NCBI GenBank assembly: GCA_964437505.1 | Contig: CAYTGU010000005.1 | Span: forward strand, 15,645-79,644 | Length of the DNA: 64,000 bases | Source: an uncultured bacterium | GTDB taxonomy: Bacteria; JAHJDO01 | Reading direction: 5' to 3' | In this document: positions 18,703 through 27,776 of the stretch, piece after piece | Position numbering within the stretch: position 1 is the first letter of the stretch | Layout: every line of letters starts with the position of its first letter | Translations under genes and position numbers: made by a program | Notes under the pieces: generated by a model | Told to the model about the DNA's origin: nothing | The model's database searches: none | Seen by the model: the letters and a program-made list of their open reading frames with translations, nothing else

Positions 18703-19209
18703 ATGGAGGAGTTAACTATATACGTTGACGGGGCATCGGCTGGTAATCCTGGGAAAGCAGGCGTCGGTGTTGTCTTTTTTCGTGAAGGGGAAAAAGTAAA
18801 GGAATGTTCTCAATACATAGGAATTACAACAAATAATGTAGCTGAATATATGGCTGTAATTTTTGCCATGCAGGAAGCTCTGATTATGGGTGTGAGAAAT
18901 ATTGCTGTTTTTACAGATAGCGAGCTTGTTGCAAATCAGGTAAATGGTGTCTATAAAGTCAAAGATAACAATTTATTTCGCTTGCATAAACAGGTTCAAC
19001 ATCTAAAAAATGGTTTTAAAAAGTTTAATATTACCCATATAGAACGTGCGGGTAATAAGGAAGCTGATAAGTTAGCAAGCAGGTCGGTTGATCGCCTCGA
19101 TGTATGTCGGGGAGGAAAGTCCGGGCTCCAGAGAGCAAGATGTCCCATAACCAGGGATGGAAGCGATTCCGAGGAAAGTGCAACAGAAAATAAACTTCCC
19201 CGCACCTAA
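18703..19209 (+). CDS. rnhA: RNase HI-like ribonuclease H (archaeal/actinobacterial type). The annotated ORF reads about 135 nt into rnpB, and the true C-terminus is uncertain.
   Basis: YVDGASAGNPGKAGVGVV...TNNVAEYMAVIFAM...FTDSELVANQ...ERAGNKEADKLA carries the RNase H DEDD catalytic residues. The ORF tail (DVCRGGKSGLQRARCP...) is encoded by rnpB P1-P4 sequence. Confidence 0.8.
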   Translation: MEELTIYVDGASAGNPGKAGVGVVFFREGEKVKECSQYIGITTNNVAEYMAVIFAMQEALIMGVRNIAVFTDSELVANQVNGVYKVKDNNLFRLHKQVQHLKNGFKKFNITHIERAGNKEADKLASRSVDRLDVCRGGKSGLQRARCPITRDGSDSEESATENKLPRT

Positions 19210-19428
19210 TTTTAGGTGCGGGGTAAAGTTGAAATGGTGTGGTAAGAGCACACCGATCTGATAGTGATATCAGGTGCATGGTAAACCCCATCTGGAGAAA
19301 GGCTAAGTAAGAGGGAAGGGACTGCTCGTCTCAATTTAACCCTTGGGTAAGCCGCTAGAGGTCGATAGCAATATCGGCGCAAGATAGATGGTCAACTATT
19401 ACAGAACCCGGCTTATAGACCTGCTTAT
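19075..19428 (+). ncRNA. rnpB: RNase P RNA, bacterial type A (rnpB).
   Basis: Contains GGAGGAAAGTCCGGGCTCC (P4 5' strand), GTGCAACAGAAA, GGTAAGAGCACACC, GGTAAACCCCA and the 3' ACAGAACCCGGCTTA. The 5' AAGCAGGTC pairs perfectly with the 3' GACCTGCTT (P1). Confidence 0.9.
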
Positions 19429-19429
19429 T

Positions 19430-20011
19430 TTATCTATAAAGTCTGTGTTTTTGTATGTAGTCTTTAACTTTCTCAGGCAGTAGGTATTTTATCGGATTGC
19501 CAGATGTTATTCTCTTTCGAATGTCAGAAGAAGAGATTTTAAGAGAGGTAATCTCCATTATCTCCGTATGGTTTTTGAAAACTTGTTTTGCTCTTTCTAT
19601 ATCATATCCTGGACGAGTTGTTACTATAAACTTACACATTCTTAAAAGCTCATCAGGAGATGCCCATCTATTTATTTCCAAAAAAGCATCTGCGCCTATT
19701 ATAAAGTATATATTAGTATCTTTTCCGTATTTTTTCATGAGCGTTTTAATCGTATCTATAGTATGTGATGCGCCTCCTCTTTTTATTTCAATATCTGAGA
19801 CCTCAAAATAAGAATTATCAGATATTGCTAATTTTATCATCTTAAGACGATGCCGAGCATCAGCAAGATTGGAAGAGGTCTTGAGAGGGTTAAGGGCTGA
19901 AGGAATAAATATTACCTTGTCAAGTTTAAATTTATTGCAAACTTCAGAAGCGCTCACAAGATGTCCATAATGAATGGGATTAAAAGTGCCGCCCATAATA
20001 CCAATACGCAT
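19430..20011 (-). CDS. nadD: Nicotinate-nucleotide adenylyltransferase.
   Basis: Contains GIMGGTFNPIHYGHL, the (H/T)xGH nucleotidyltransferase motif. Length is 193 aa. Confidence 0.88.
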   Translation of the reverse strand: MRIGIMGGTFNPIHYGHLVSASEVCNKFKLDKVIFIPSALNPLKTSSNLADARHRLKMIKLAISDNSYFEVSDIEIKRGGASHTIDTIKTLMKKYGKDTNIYFIIGADAFLEINRWASPDELLRMCKFIVTTRPGYDIERAKQVFKNHTEIMEITSLKISSSDIRKRITSGNPIKYLLPEKVKDYIQKHRLYR

Positions 20012-21249
20012 TATATTCGCACCTGCCCATTGCCGAATATAAGATATTTGTAGGTTGTGAGTTCTTCCAGTCCCATAGGTCCTCTGGCATGCAGCTTGCC
20101 TGTACTTATACCAATTTCAGCGCCCAGTCCAAATTCGCCGCCATCAGTAAATCGGGTAGATGAGTTGACGTATACAGTAGCAGAGTCTACTTCTTTCAGA
20201 AACCTGTCTGCAGATGAACTGTTTTTTGTAATTATAGCGTCAGAATGACATGACCCATATGTGTTAATGTGATTGATTGCCTCCTGTTCTGAGGAGACTA
20301 TTCTGATGGAAAGTATTAAGTCAAGGTATTCAGTTGACCAGTCTTTCTTCTTTGCCAGTTTTATTCCAGAAACAAGTTTTTTTGTTTCTCTACAGCCCCT
20401 TATCTCTACACCTGCATTCCTGAATATCTCTATCATTTGAGAAAGAAAGACTTTGGCGATATCTTTATGAACAAGAAGTGTTTCCATTGCATTGCAGACT
20501 CCCGGACGCTGAACTTTTGCGTTAAGACATACAGTTTTTGCAATATCAATATCTGCATGTTTATCAACATAAGTGTGGCATATTCCATCACTATGTTTAA
20601 TTACAGGTATGGTGGAGTTCTTAACAACAAATTTTATAAGACCTTTTCCACCGCGTGGAATTATAAGATCAATATATTCATCCAGTTTTAACATACGATT
20701 TACCATTTTACGGTCAGTGCTTTTTACCATTTGTATGCTATCAGAAGGAACTTTTGTTTTTCGCAGGCTGTTTATCATTATTTGATATAAAGCAATATTT
20801 GAATTTATGGATTCTTTTCCTCCGCGAAGAATAACAGCATTTCCAGCTTTCAGGCAGAGGCTTGCTGCGTCCACAGTGACATTAGGTCGGGATTCATAGA
20901 TTATACCTATAACACCAATAGGCACACTTACTTTTTCTATCCTTAATTTATTTGGACGGGTTGTCTTACTGAGTATTTTACCAACAGGGTCTGGGAGTTT
21001 AGTTAATTGCTTTAGGGATTTACAAATATTTTCTATTCGCTCCGAAGTTAAAGTTAGACGATCTATTAAAGCAGGGGACAGGTTGTTTCCTTTTGCACGT
21101 TTAATATCAATGATATTTGCAGATAGGATTCTAGATTTATTTTTTTCAATACCATTGGCAATGACCAGAAGAGCTTTGTTTTTTTCTTCTGTTGAAAGAG
21201 TTGCCAATACTCTTGATGCATCCTTTGCATGCTGAGCGATTTTTTTCAT
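20011..21249 (-). CDS. proA: Gamma-glutamyl phosphate reductase (glutamate-5-semialdehyde dehydrogenase).
   Basis: 412 aa aldehyde dehydrogenase fold with a ProA-type C-terminus. It overlaps proB in operon fashion. Confidence 0.88.
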   Translation of the reverse strand: MKKIAQHAKDASRVLATLSTEEKNKALLVIANGIEKNKSRILSANIIDIKRAKGNNLSPALIDRLTLTSERIENICKSLKQLTKLPDPVGKILSKTTRPNKLRIEKVSVPIGVIGIIYESRPNVTVDAASLCLKAGNAVILRGGKESINSNIALYQIMINSLRKTKVPSDSIQMVKSTDRKMVNRMLKLDEYIDLIIPRGGKGLIKFVVKNSTIPVIKHSDGICHTYVDKHADIDIAKTVCLNAKVQRPGVCNAMETLLVHKDIAKVFLSQMIEIFRNAGVEIRGCRETKKLVSGIKLAKKKDWSTEYLDLILSIRIVSSEQEAINHINTYGSCHSDAIITKNSSSADRFLKEVDSATVYVNSSTRFTDGGEFGLGAEIGISTGKLHARGPMGLEELTTYKYLIFGNGQVRI

Positions 21250-22418
21250 AATATTACCAGATTATCCCTGTGTATTACTTCATCATAGGACTTATAACCG
21301 AGTATATCTTCAATTCGGGAAGTCTTATTCCCTTTAATTTTTTCCACATCTTTGTCTGAATAGTTGACTAGCCCTCTTGCAAATTCGCTACCTCCGGTAT
21401 CAGCAATCCCTACTACATCTCCTATGCTGTACTTTCCTTTTGAAGCAATAATGCCTGTTGATAAAAGGCTCTTACCTTTGTTTATTAAAACTTGTTTTGC
21501 CCCTTCATCAACAATGATTGTTCCTCTTATATAATGAGCAAATGCTATCCATTTCTTTCGACCAGTTTTTCTTTTATCAATTTTTGGGAGGAAAATCGTA
21601 CCGACTTTTTCTCCATTCATTATTCTAGAAAGAGTATTCTTCTTTAGTCCATTAGCTATTATTACAGTTACACCTGACTGGGTTCCCATTTTGGCTGCAG
21701 TTATCTTTGTCAACATTCCTCCAGCCCCTGTTTTTGAGTCAGAAGCATACGATTCTATTTCAGATCGTATTTTGTCAACTTCAGATATAAGAGAAGCTTG
21801 TTTGCTTTTTTTAGGATCAACAGTAAACAGTCCATCAATGTTAGAAAGCATAATTAAAAGGTCTGCATCTAAGAGGTTAGCAACAAGTGCGGAAAGAGTA
21901 TCATTATCTCCAAACTTAATTTCGTCAGTTGCAACAGTGTCATTTTCATTAACAATAGGAATAACGTTCTCTTTAAATAGTTCCATTATTGTATTGCGTA
22001 TATTTAGGTATCTAAGTCTGGATTTAAAATCATCTCTTGTGAGCAGAATCTGCGCAGTATGATATCCTCTTTTTTTAAAGATCTCTTCATAAGTATGCAT
22101 TAGCTTATTCTGCCCTACGGCAGCAATAGCTTGTTTTTTTGATATTGTCAATGAATGCTTCTTAATACCTAAAGCTTTCATACCTGCGCCTATAGCTCCG
22201 GAGGACACAATAATTACTCGAATATTTTGTTTTCTAAGTTCAGCTATTTCCGTGGCAATATTGGATATTCTAGCTCTGTTTAACCCAGTGTTTGAGGTCA
22301 GCACATACGTACCTATCTTAATAACTACACATTTAGCGTTTTTTATTAACTCTTTTCTTTTCACAGCGCTTTGCCTTCTCATCGCCTTTACAGCGTTTGA
22401 GTAATTAAAATTATTCAT
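21246..22418 (-). CDS. proB: Glutamate 5-kinase with a C-terminal PUA domain.
   Basis: 390 aa amino-acid kinase fold (VIKIGT...) plus PUA. Its stop overlaps the proA start. Confidence 0.88.
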   Translation of the reverse strand: MNNFNYSNAVKAMRRQSAVKRKELIKNAKCVVIKIGTYVLTSNTGLNRARISNIATEIAELRKQNIRVIIVSSGAIGAGMKALGIKKHSLTISKKQAIAAVGQNKLMHTYEEIFKKRGYHTAQILLTRDDFKSRLRYLNIRNTIMELFKENVIPIVNENDTVATDEIKFGDNDTLSALVANLLDADLLIMLSNIDGLFTVDPKKSKQASLISEVDKIRSEIESYASDSKTGAGGMLTKITAAKMGTQSGVTVIIANGLKKNTLSRIMNGEKVGTIFLPKIDKRKTGRKKWIAFAHYIRGTIIVDEGAKQVLINKGKSLLSTGIIASKGKYSIGDVVGIADTGGSEFARGLVNYSDKDVEKIKGNKTSRIEDILGYKSYDEVIHRDNLVIL

Positions 22419-22476
22419 ATTATAACCAACTCTTGTATTTATTACTATGTTTTTGAGGAGCAGTACGCTTTTAATG

Positions 22477-23115
22477 CTATCTGCATAGGCTCATACTGTG
22501 AAGGTTTAGATATCTCCTGACTTTGTCTCCGATAGCTCCCTCTCTTATAATCGTGAGCGGGGAACTTGCAGCATTGACTATTGTTGATTCAATTCCCTCA
22601 GGTTTTGTTTCGTTGTCATCAACGAGAATGTCAACCTTGTTTTCAAACATATCGCTGAGTTTATTCAGAGATAATGATTGTTCATTATATCCTGAGATAT
22701 TAGCACTTGTTGTAGCAATAGGTACTCCTAATTCTTCTACAAGAAATCGCGGTATTGGATGATTTGGTATCCTGAAACTTACTGTATTGAATTTATCTGT
22801 TTTAAAGATGCACGCCTTGGATATTGGAATATTTTCTTTTGCTCTTAAGATAATTGTGAGTGGACCAGGCCAGAACTTGTTCATAAGCTTTCTTGCTATT
22901 GGCTGGATGTCATAAGCAATATCTCCTACTTGCTTTAAGTCTGAAATAAATAAAATTAAAGGTTTTCTACGGTCTCGGGTTTTTAGATCATAAATTTTAT
23001 CTATGGCATGTTCTATATTACATATGCATCCAATGCCATAAACAGTATCAGTTGGAAAGATTAGAATTTTACCTTTTCTTAAGACTTTAATCGCCGAGGA
23101 TCTGTTTACTTTCAT
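22477..23115 (-). CDS. tsaC: L-threonylcarbamoyladenylate synthase (YrdC/Sua5 family), involved in tRNA t6A formation.
   Basis: 212 aa with the ILIFPTDTVYGIGC YrdC signature. Confidence 0.85.
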   Translation of the reverse strand: MKVNRSSAIKVLRKGKILIFPTDTVYGIGCICNIEHAIDKIYDLKTRDRRKPLILFISDLKQVGDIAYDIQPIARKLMNKFWPGPLTIILRAKENIPISKACIFKTDKFNTVSFRIPNHPIPRFLVEELGVPIATTSANISGYNEQSLSLNKLSDMFENKVDILVDDNETKPEGIESTIVNAASSPLTIIREGAIGDKVRRYLNLHSMSLCR

Positions 23116-24175
23116 CTAGGAAGATTCCTTGCAGATTCATTTTTAACTCTTCAGGATTTGTTGCATTGGCCATAGCCTGTTCTCTGCTTACAAAGCCCTT
23201 TTTACATAATTCAACCAGAGACATATTGAATGTTTGCATACCATCTTCCATTCCACCTTGAATAGCAGATATTATCTTATTCAGCCTGTTTTCCCTTATC
23301 AGTCTGGAAACCATAGGGGTATTTATCAATATTTCCACTGCAGGTGTTACTCCACCCTGGTCCATTCGTGGTATAAGCCGTTGGCAAATAACAGCTTTAA
23401 GATTAAGAGAAAGTTGCATTCTGATCTGATGATGTTGAGACGGAGGGAAAAAATCAAGTATTCTGCTAAACACTCCTGATGTGTCAGTTGAATGAAGTGT
23501 TGTAAAGACAGTATGCCCTGTTTCTGAAGCACCTAGAGCAATATGAAAACTTTCAATATCTCTCATTTCGCCTATTAGGATAACATCCGGATCCTGGCGC
23601 ATGGCATGGCGCAGGGCAATAGAGTATGAAGATGTATCTATATGTACTTCTCTCTGATTTACAATGCTTTTTTTGTCTTTATGGAGAAACTCAATAGGAT
23701 CTTCAACGGTTATAATATGGCGATTTAATTTCTCGTTTATATAATTTATCATAGACGCGACAGTTGTCGATTTTCCACAGCTTGTTGTGCCGGAAACAAT
23801 AACTAACCCTCTGTTTGACAGTGATATTTTTTCTAATGCAGAAGGCAAATTTAACTCTTCAAATGATCCTATATCTGTTCTTACCCTTCTCAAAACTAGT
23901 CCAATCGTTCCCCTCTGATAGAAAATATTAACCCTGAAACGTCCTAGATTCTCAAGTCCGTATGAAATATCCATTTCAAACTCTTTATCAAATTTTTGCT
24001 TTTGTTGCTCATTCATTAACTCAAGGGCGATTTCTCTGGTATCTTTTGAAGAAAGTATTTCACCATATGAACATAACTCTCCATTTATTCTAATTTTAGC
24101 AGAGCTCCCTGCTTTTAGATGTAAATCCGTGCCATTTCTTTGAACTAGTTCTTTAAGATATTCTTTTGTATTCAT
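23087..24175 (-). CDS. pilT: Type IV pilus retraction ATPase PilT (twitching motility).
   Basis: 362 aa with a Walker A motif (GTTSCGKSTT), ITVEDPIEF, and His/Asp boxes of PilT/PilU secretion ATPases. Confidence 0.85.
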   Translation of the reverse strand: MNTKEYLKELVQRNGTDLHLKAGSSAKIRINGELCSYGEILSSKDTREIALELMNEQQKQKFDKEFEMDISYGLENLGRFRVNIFYQRGTIGLVLRRVRTDIGSFEELNLPSALEKISLSNRGLVIVSGTTSCGKSTTVASMINYINEKLNRHIITVEDPIEFLHKDKKSIVNQREVHIDTSSYSIALRHAMRQDPDVILIGEMRDIESFHIALGASETGHTVFTTLHSTDTSGVFSRILDFFPPSQHHQIRMQLSLNLKAVICQRLIPRMDQGGVTPAVEILINTPMVSRLIRENRLNKIISAIQGGMEDGMQTFNMSLVELCKKGFVSREQAMANATNPEELKMNLQGIFLDESKQILGD

Positions 24176-24191
24176 TTTTCCTCTTCTTCTA

Positions 24192-25301
24192 TTATTTTTT
24201 ACTTCTCAAAAATGTTGGAATGTCCAGATTGCTGTCACCACCCAGCTCTCTGTTTACTTTTTCCAGCATAACCCGATCCTTTATCATAGTTTCTTTCCCG
24301 TGAACTCCCAATGCCTTTGAAACGAATTTTACTTCCTTTTTCTCCAAAGATGGAATATCAGTAGCAATAATTGTAAGTTTCAGCATATTGTTTAGTCTTT
24401 TATCTATAATAGCTCCGAATACTATATTAGCGCTATGTATTACTGCTTTACGAACATTATCAATAATCTTTTCAACTTCTCCAAACCTGAGATCTTCACC
24501 TCCTGTTATATTGACAAGCATTGTTTTTGCACCTTTGATATCAATCCCTTCTATGAGTGGACATAGAAGAGCATTTTTAACAACAGAGGATATTCTGTCT
24601 TCACCATATGCAGTTCCCACTGCTAAGGTAGCTTCTTTGCCATGGGTTATTACCTGCTGAATGTCCGATATATCAAGATTTATTATTCCTGGAGCAGCTA
24701 CAAGGTCAGAGATTGCGCTAATAGCGTCGAATAAAGTGTCATTTGTAAATTCAAATGCTTTTGAGAAAGAAGAGTCTTTGTCAATGGTTCCAAAAAGTTT
24801 CTGGTTTGGTATGGAGATTATTGCGTTGGATTTTTCTTTTATTGCTCTTAGTCCATCTTTGGCCTGCATACATCTTTTTTTTCCTTCAAATAGAAAAGGG
24901 CTTGTAACTATTGCTATTGTTAACGCCCCTAGTTCCCTTGCAATTTCACAGATTAGTGGGGTTGCTCCTGTGCCTGTTCCGCCACCAAGTCCGCAGGTCA
25001 CAAACACGATGTCTGAGTTTTTTAATGCTTCGGCAATTTCTGCTCTGCTTTCATTCAGGCTTCGACGTCCTAAGTCTATATCAGAACCCGTTCCAATTCC
25101 TCTCGTTGTCTGCAGACCAATCTGAATTTTATGGGGAACAATAGATGTCCTAAGAGCCTGAATATCTGTGTTAATGTTAATACATTCTACTCCGGAGAGG
25201 CCTTTTTTGTATATTGCATCTACAGAATTATTACCACCTCCACCAACTCCAACTACCTTGATACTTGCGCCTACTTTGGTCTCTTCAACTATCTCAAACA
25301 T
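24192..25301 (-). CDS. ftsZ: Cell division GTPase FtsZ.
   Basis: Contains IKVVGVGGGGNN and the GGGTGTG tubulin signature. An AAAGGAG RBS precedes it. Confidence 0.95.
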   Translation of the reverse strand: MFEIVEETKVGASIKVVGVGGGGNNSVDAIYKKGLSGVECININTDIQALRTSIVPHKIQIGLQTTRGIGTGSDIDLGRRSLNESRAEIAEALKNSDIVFVTCGLGGGTGTGATPLICEIARELGALTIAIVTSPFLFEGKKRCMQAKDGLRAIKEKSNAIISIPNQKLFGTIDKDSSFSKAFEFTNDTLFDAISAISDLVAAPGIINLDISDIQQVITHGKEATLAVGTAYGEDRISSVVKNALLCPLIEGIDIKGAKTMLVNITGGEDLRFGEVEKIIDNVRKAVIHSANIVFGAIIDKRLNNMLKLTIIATDIPSLEKKEVKFVSKALGVHGKETMIKDRVMLEKVNRELGGDSNLDIPTFLRSKK

Positions 25302-25320
25302 TAGTTATATTCCGCTCCTT

Positions 25321-25554
25321 TTAGATTGCTTTCCCTAATCGCTCTGCCAGCCATACCTTGATAACAGATTGACGAGGCACCCCTAGACGCTTTGCTTCCT
25401 TATCCAATGAGTGAATCATCCAAATAGGGAAGTCCACATTAACCCTTTTCTGGTCTTGCTCAAGCCTTCTCGCCTTTGTAAGATCTAGATACTTAGAAAC
25501 GTTATTCCCTTCATCAAACTTTTTATCAAACTCTCTAGCTTTCATATATTTCAA
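25321..25554 (-). CDS. brnA: BrnA-family antitoxin (CopG/RHH-like), the antitoxin half of a BrnT/BrnA type II TA pair.
   Basis: 77 aa, overlapping the upstream toxin gene. The sequence ...LDKEAKRLGVPRQSVIKVWLAERL is a typical BrnA C-terminus. Confidence 0.7.
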   Translation of the reverse strand: MKYMKAREFDKKFDEGNNVSKYLDLTKARRLEQDQKRVNVDFPIWMIHSLDKEAKRLGVPRQSVIKVWLAERLGKAI

Positions 25555-25795
25555 CCTCCTCTTTTCGGGATTGTCTTACTGAAATAATTCTTATCTTTTC
25601 GCCGCGATAGGTAACAACTCCTGACCAATGCTTTCCAGAAATCATACCAATTACCAAATATCTTGGTTCATCACTGGTTCTTGCCGGAATTTCAATTAAG
25701 TCAGTATCCTCCCATAATAACTGCGCTTCAATAAAGTCAATACCATGTTTATTCTTATTGATTTCGCTTTTCTTAAGGTCAAACTCAAACTCCAT
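25535..25795 (-). CDS. brnT: BrnT-family toxin (DUF497/COG2929 ribonuclease toxin). The ORF is open to 25825, but the likely start is MEFEFD at 25795.
   Basis: MEFEFDLKKSEINKNKHGIDFIEA...YLVIG...VVTYR matches the BrnT N-terminal pattern (MKFEWD..K...N..KHG). Confidence 0.7.
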   Translation of the reverse strand: MEFEFDLKKSEINKNKHGIDFIEAQLLWEDTDLIEIPARTSDEPRYLVIGMISGKHWSGVVTYRGEKIRIISVRQSRKEEVEIYES

Positions 25796-25952
25796 AATAT
25801 AATTTATATACCAAAAAGATACCAATTGTCAACAAAAAAATCTCTTTTTCGTCATTGTAGAAACGTAGCGACGCTGCAATCTGTCATTCTTTTCGACGCA
25901 ACCGCTTGCTTTAGCTGGCGGTTATCTGGGCAGTCCCATTTGCTTTGTTGTG

Positions 25953-26531
25953 TTATTCTTTGATTTGATTGGGGAAGCCAGACGTTTGTTTCTTCAAGAC
26001 AATGGTGTATTCGATATGATCTTTAAATGGAATGACAAACAGCATCAGCCCTTTTTCCTCAAAGGTGGAGGATATGGTCAGGTTCCCTTCAGAATCTTTA
26101 GACATTACGCTAGTCCGGGATTTCTTTGCGATGCCAGGGAAAATGGCTAGACCAACAGTGGAGGGACTATCTGCCACATAATACAAGCAGCCCTGATTCC
26201 AGTTGAACGTCTTGGGTTGAAACACGAGCTCCTTGGTTTGAATTACTCCATTTGACCAATAGTAAACTATGGTCATCATTCGGTCTGACTCTTGCTGGAT
26301 TACTACTTCTGAATTATTTGAGATACTAGTAGCGCTAACAAAGGGATTGCCCGTCCTGAAGTATCCACTACAGTTAGATTTGAGAAAAATGTATGTCCCC
26401 GAGAAATCAGCGTGTTTGTTGTCGTACGTCTGACCTCTACCACTAGGCACAAACAATACGACACACCAGACAAGGCACCATAAAACAAATATCCCAAGAC
26501 CCCATAGACATCTATGTTTTTTTTGCATCAT
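25953..26531 (-). CDS. Hypothetical secreted or membrane-anchored protein (192 aa), with an N-terminal hydrophobic signal/anchor.
   Basis: MMQKKHRCLWGLGIFVLWCLVWCVVLFV is followed by a beta-rich domain. GC content is visibly higher than in its neighbours. No family was recognised. Confidence 0.5.
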   Translation of the reverse strand: MMQKKHRCLWGLGIFVLWCLVWCVVLFVPSGRGQTYDNKHADFSGTYIFLKSNCSGYFRTGNPFVSATSISNNSEVVIQQESDRMMTIVYYWSNGVIQTKELVFQPKTFNWNQGCLYYVADSPSTVGLAIFPGIAKKSRTSVMSKDSEGNLTISSTFEEKGLMLFVIPFKDHIEYTIVLKKQTSGFPNQIKE

Positions 26532-26557
26532 AACATTACTCCCTGCTTAATTTTCCC

Positions 26558-27772
26558 TCAGAAAAAATCTCCAAATATCTTCTTTACGCTTCCTGTCATT
26601 CTACCCATAAGGTTTTTATTTTCAAATCTTGACGTTCCTCCAAATTTTCTGAAGTAAGAACCATGTTGTAATAGGCCGACACATGTTGAATAACTTGGCT
26701 TGCCAGAGATATCTTCAAGCTGGTATGCAAGATTTGGGATGCCCATTCTTGTTGGCAGATTAAATGTATCTCTTACGGTTGAAGTCATTCCTTTAAGCAA
26801 AGAGCCGCCACCTGTGAGAACTACTCCAGAGGCAATTAGATTTACAAAGTCCGCTCTTTCTATCTCTTCCTTTACAATTCGGATGGTTTCTGTAATCCTG
26901 GGTTGAACAATCTCCGAAAGCTGATATGGGGAGAAATGATTAGAATTCTCCTGATTATTAGTATTGGTTTCCATATCTAACCCAGCGCCGTATTTTTTCT
27001 TTATTTTCTCTGCTTCAGGTGTGGAGATATGAAGGCCTATAGTTATGTCATTTGTTATATGATTACCGCCTACTGGTAGTACCTGAGAATATTTCAACTC
27101 ATCTTTTTCAAAAATAACAAAATTTGTTGTACCTGCTCCCATTTCAATCAATACAACGCCAAGCTCTTTTTCACTCTGTGATAGTACCGATTCAGAAGAG
27201 GCCAATAGATTAAATACAATATCTTCTATCTGAAATCCAGCCTGATTAACACTTTTTATGAAATTCTGTGTATGTGTTACCATGCCAGTAACAATATGTG
27301 TCATTATTTCAAGTTTCACACCATTCATGCCGATTGGATCCTTAATCTCTGTCTGGCCATCTACAATGAAGTCTTGAGGCAGAACTTGGATAATTTCCCT
27401 TCCTTCCGGCAAGGCAATTGCTTTGGCTGTTTCTATCACGTTTCGAGTATCTTCAACTGTGATCTCTCTGTCTTCTCTTCTAACTGGAACACTTCCTTTG
27501 CTGTTAACTGTATTAATATGTCCGCCTCCTATTCCCATGAATACAGATTTGATTTCTAGTTCAGATGTCTTTTCTGCCTCTCTAAGAGCTTCTTTAATAT
27601 CATTGGTTACAACATCTATATTAACAATAAGTCCTTTTTTTAGGCCTCTGGTAGGAACTATTCCCATTCCTATAATTTCTATACTATCCTCTTTGTCCAA
27701 TTTGCCAACCATAGCGCATATTTTAGAGGTTCCTATATCCAGTGCTGTTACAATGTCTTTCCGAGTTCGCAT
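26558..27772 (-). CDS. ftsA: Cell division protein FtsA.
   Basis: 404 aa actin-like ATPase with VTALDIGTSKICAMVG and DIGGGTT-like phosphate motifs. Confidence 0.92.
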   Translation of the reverse strand: MRTRKDIVTALDIGTSKICAMVGKLDKEDSIEIIGMGIVPTRGLKKGLIVNIDVVTNDIKEALREAEKTSELEIKSVFMGIGGGHINTVNSKGSVPVRREDREITVEDTRNVIETAKAIALPEGREIIQVLPQDFIVDGQTEIKDPIGMNGVKLEIMTHIVTGMVTHTQNFIKSVNQAGFQIEDIVFNLLASSESVLSQSEKELGVVLIEMGAGTTNFVIFEKDELKYSQVLPVGGNHITNDITIGLHISTPEAEKIKKKYGAGLDMETNTNNQENSNHFSPYQLSEIVQPRITETIRIVKEEIERADFVNLIASGVVLTGGGSLLKGMTSTVRDTFNLPTRMGIPNLAYQLEDISGKPSYSTCVGLLQHGSYFRKFGGTSRFENKNLMGRMTGSVKKIFGDFF

Positions 27773-27776
27773 AAGG

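Noticed and set aside
19075-19209. The C-terminal ~45 residues of the RNase H ORF (DVCRGGKSGLQRARCPITRDGSDSEESATENKLPRT) considered as a genuine protein domain.
   Set aside because: This segment is encoded by the highly conserved rnpB P1-P4 sequence. Its composition looks like translated structured RNA rather than a protein domain. The RNase H fold is complete before it. I kept it only as an overlap observation.
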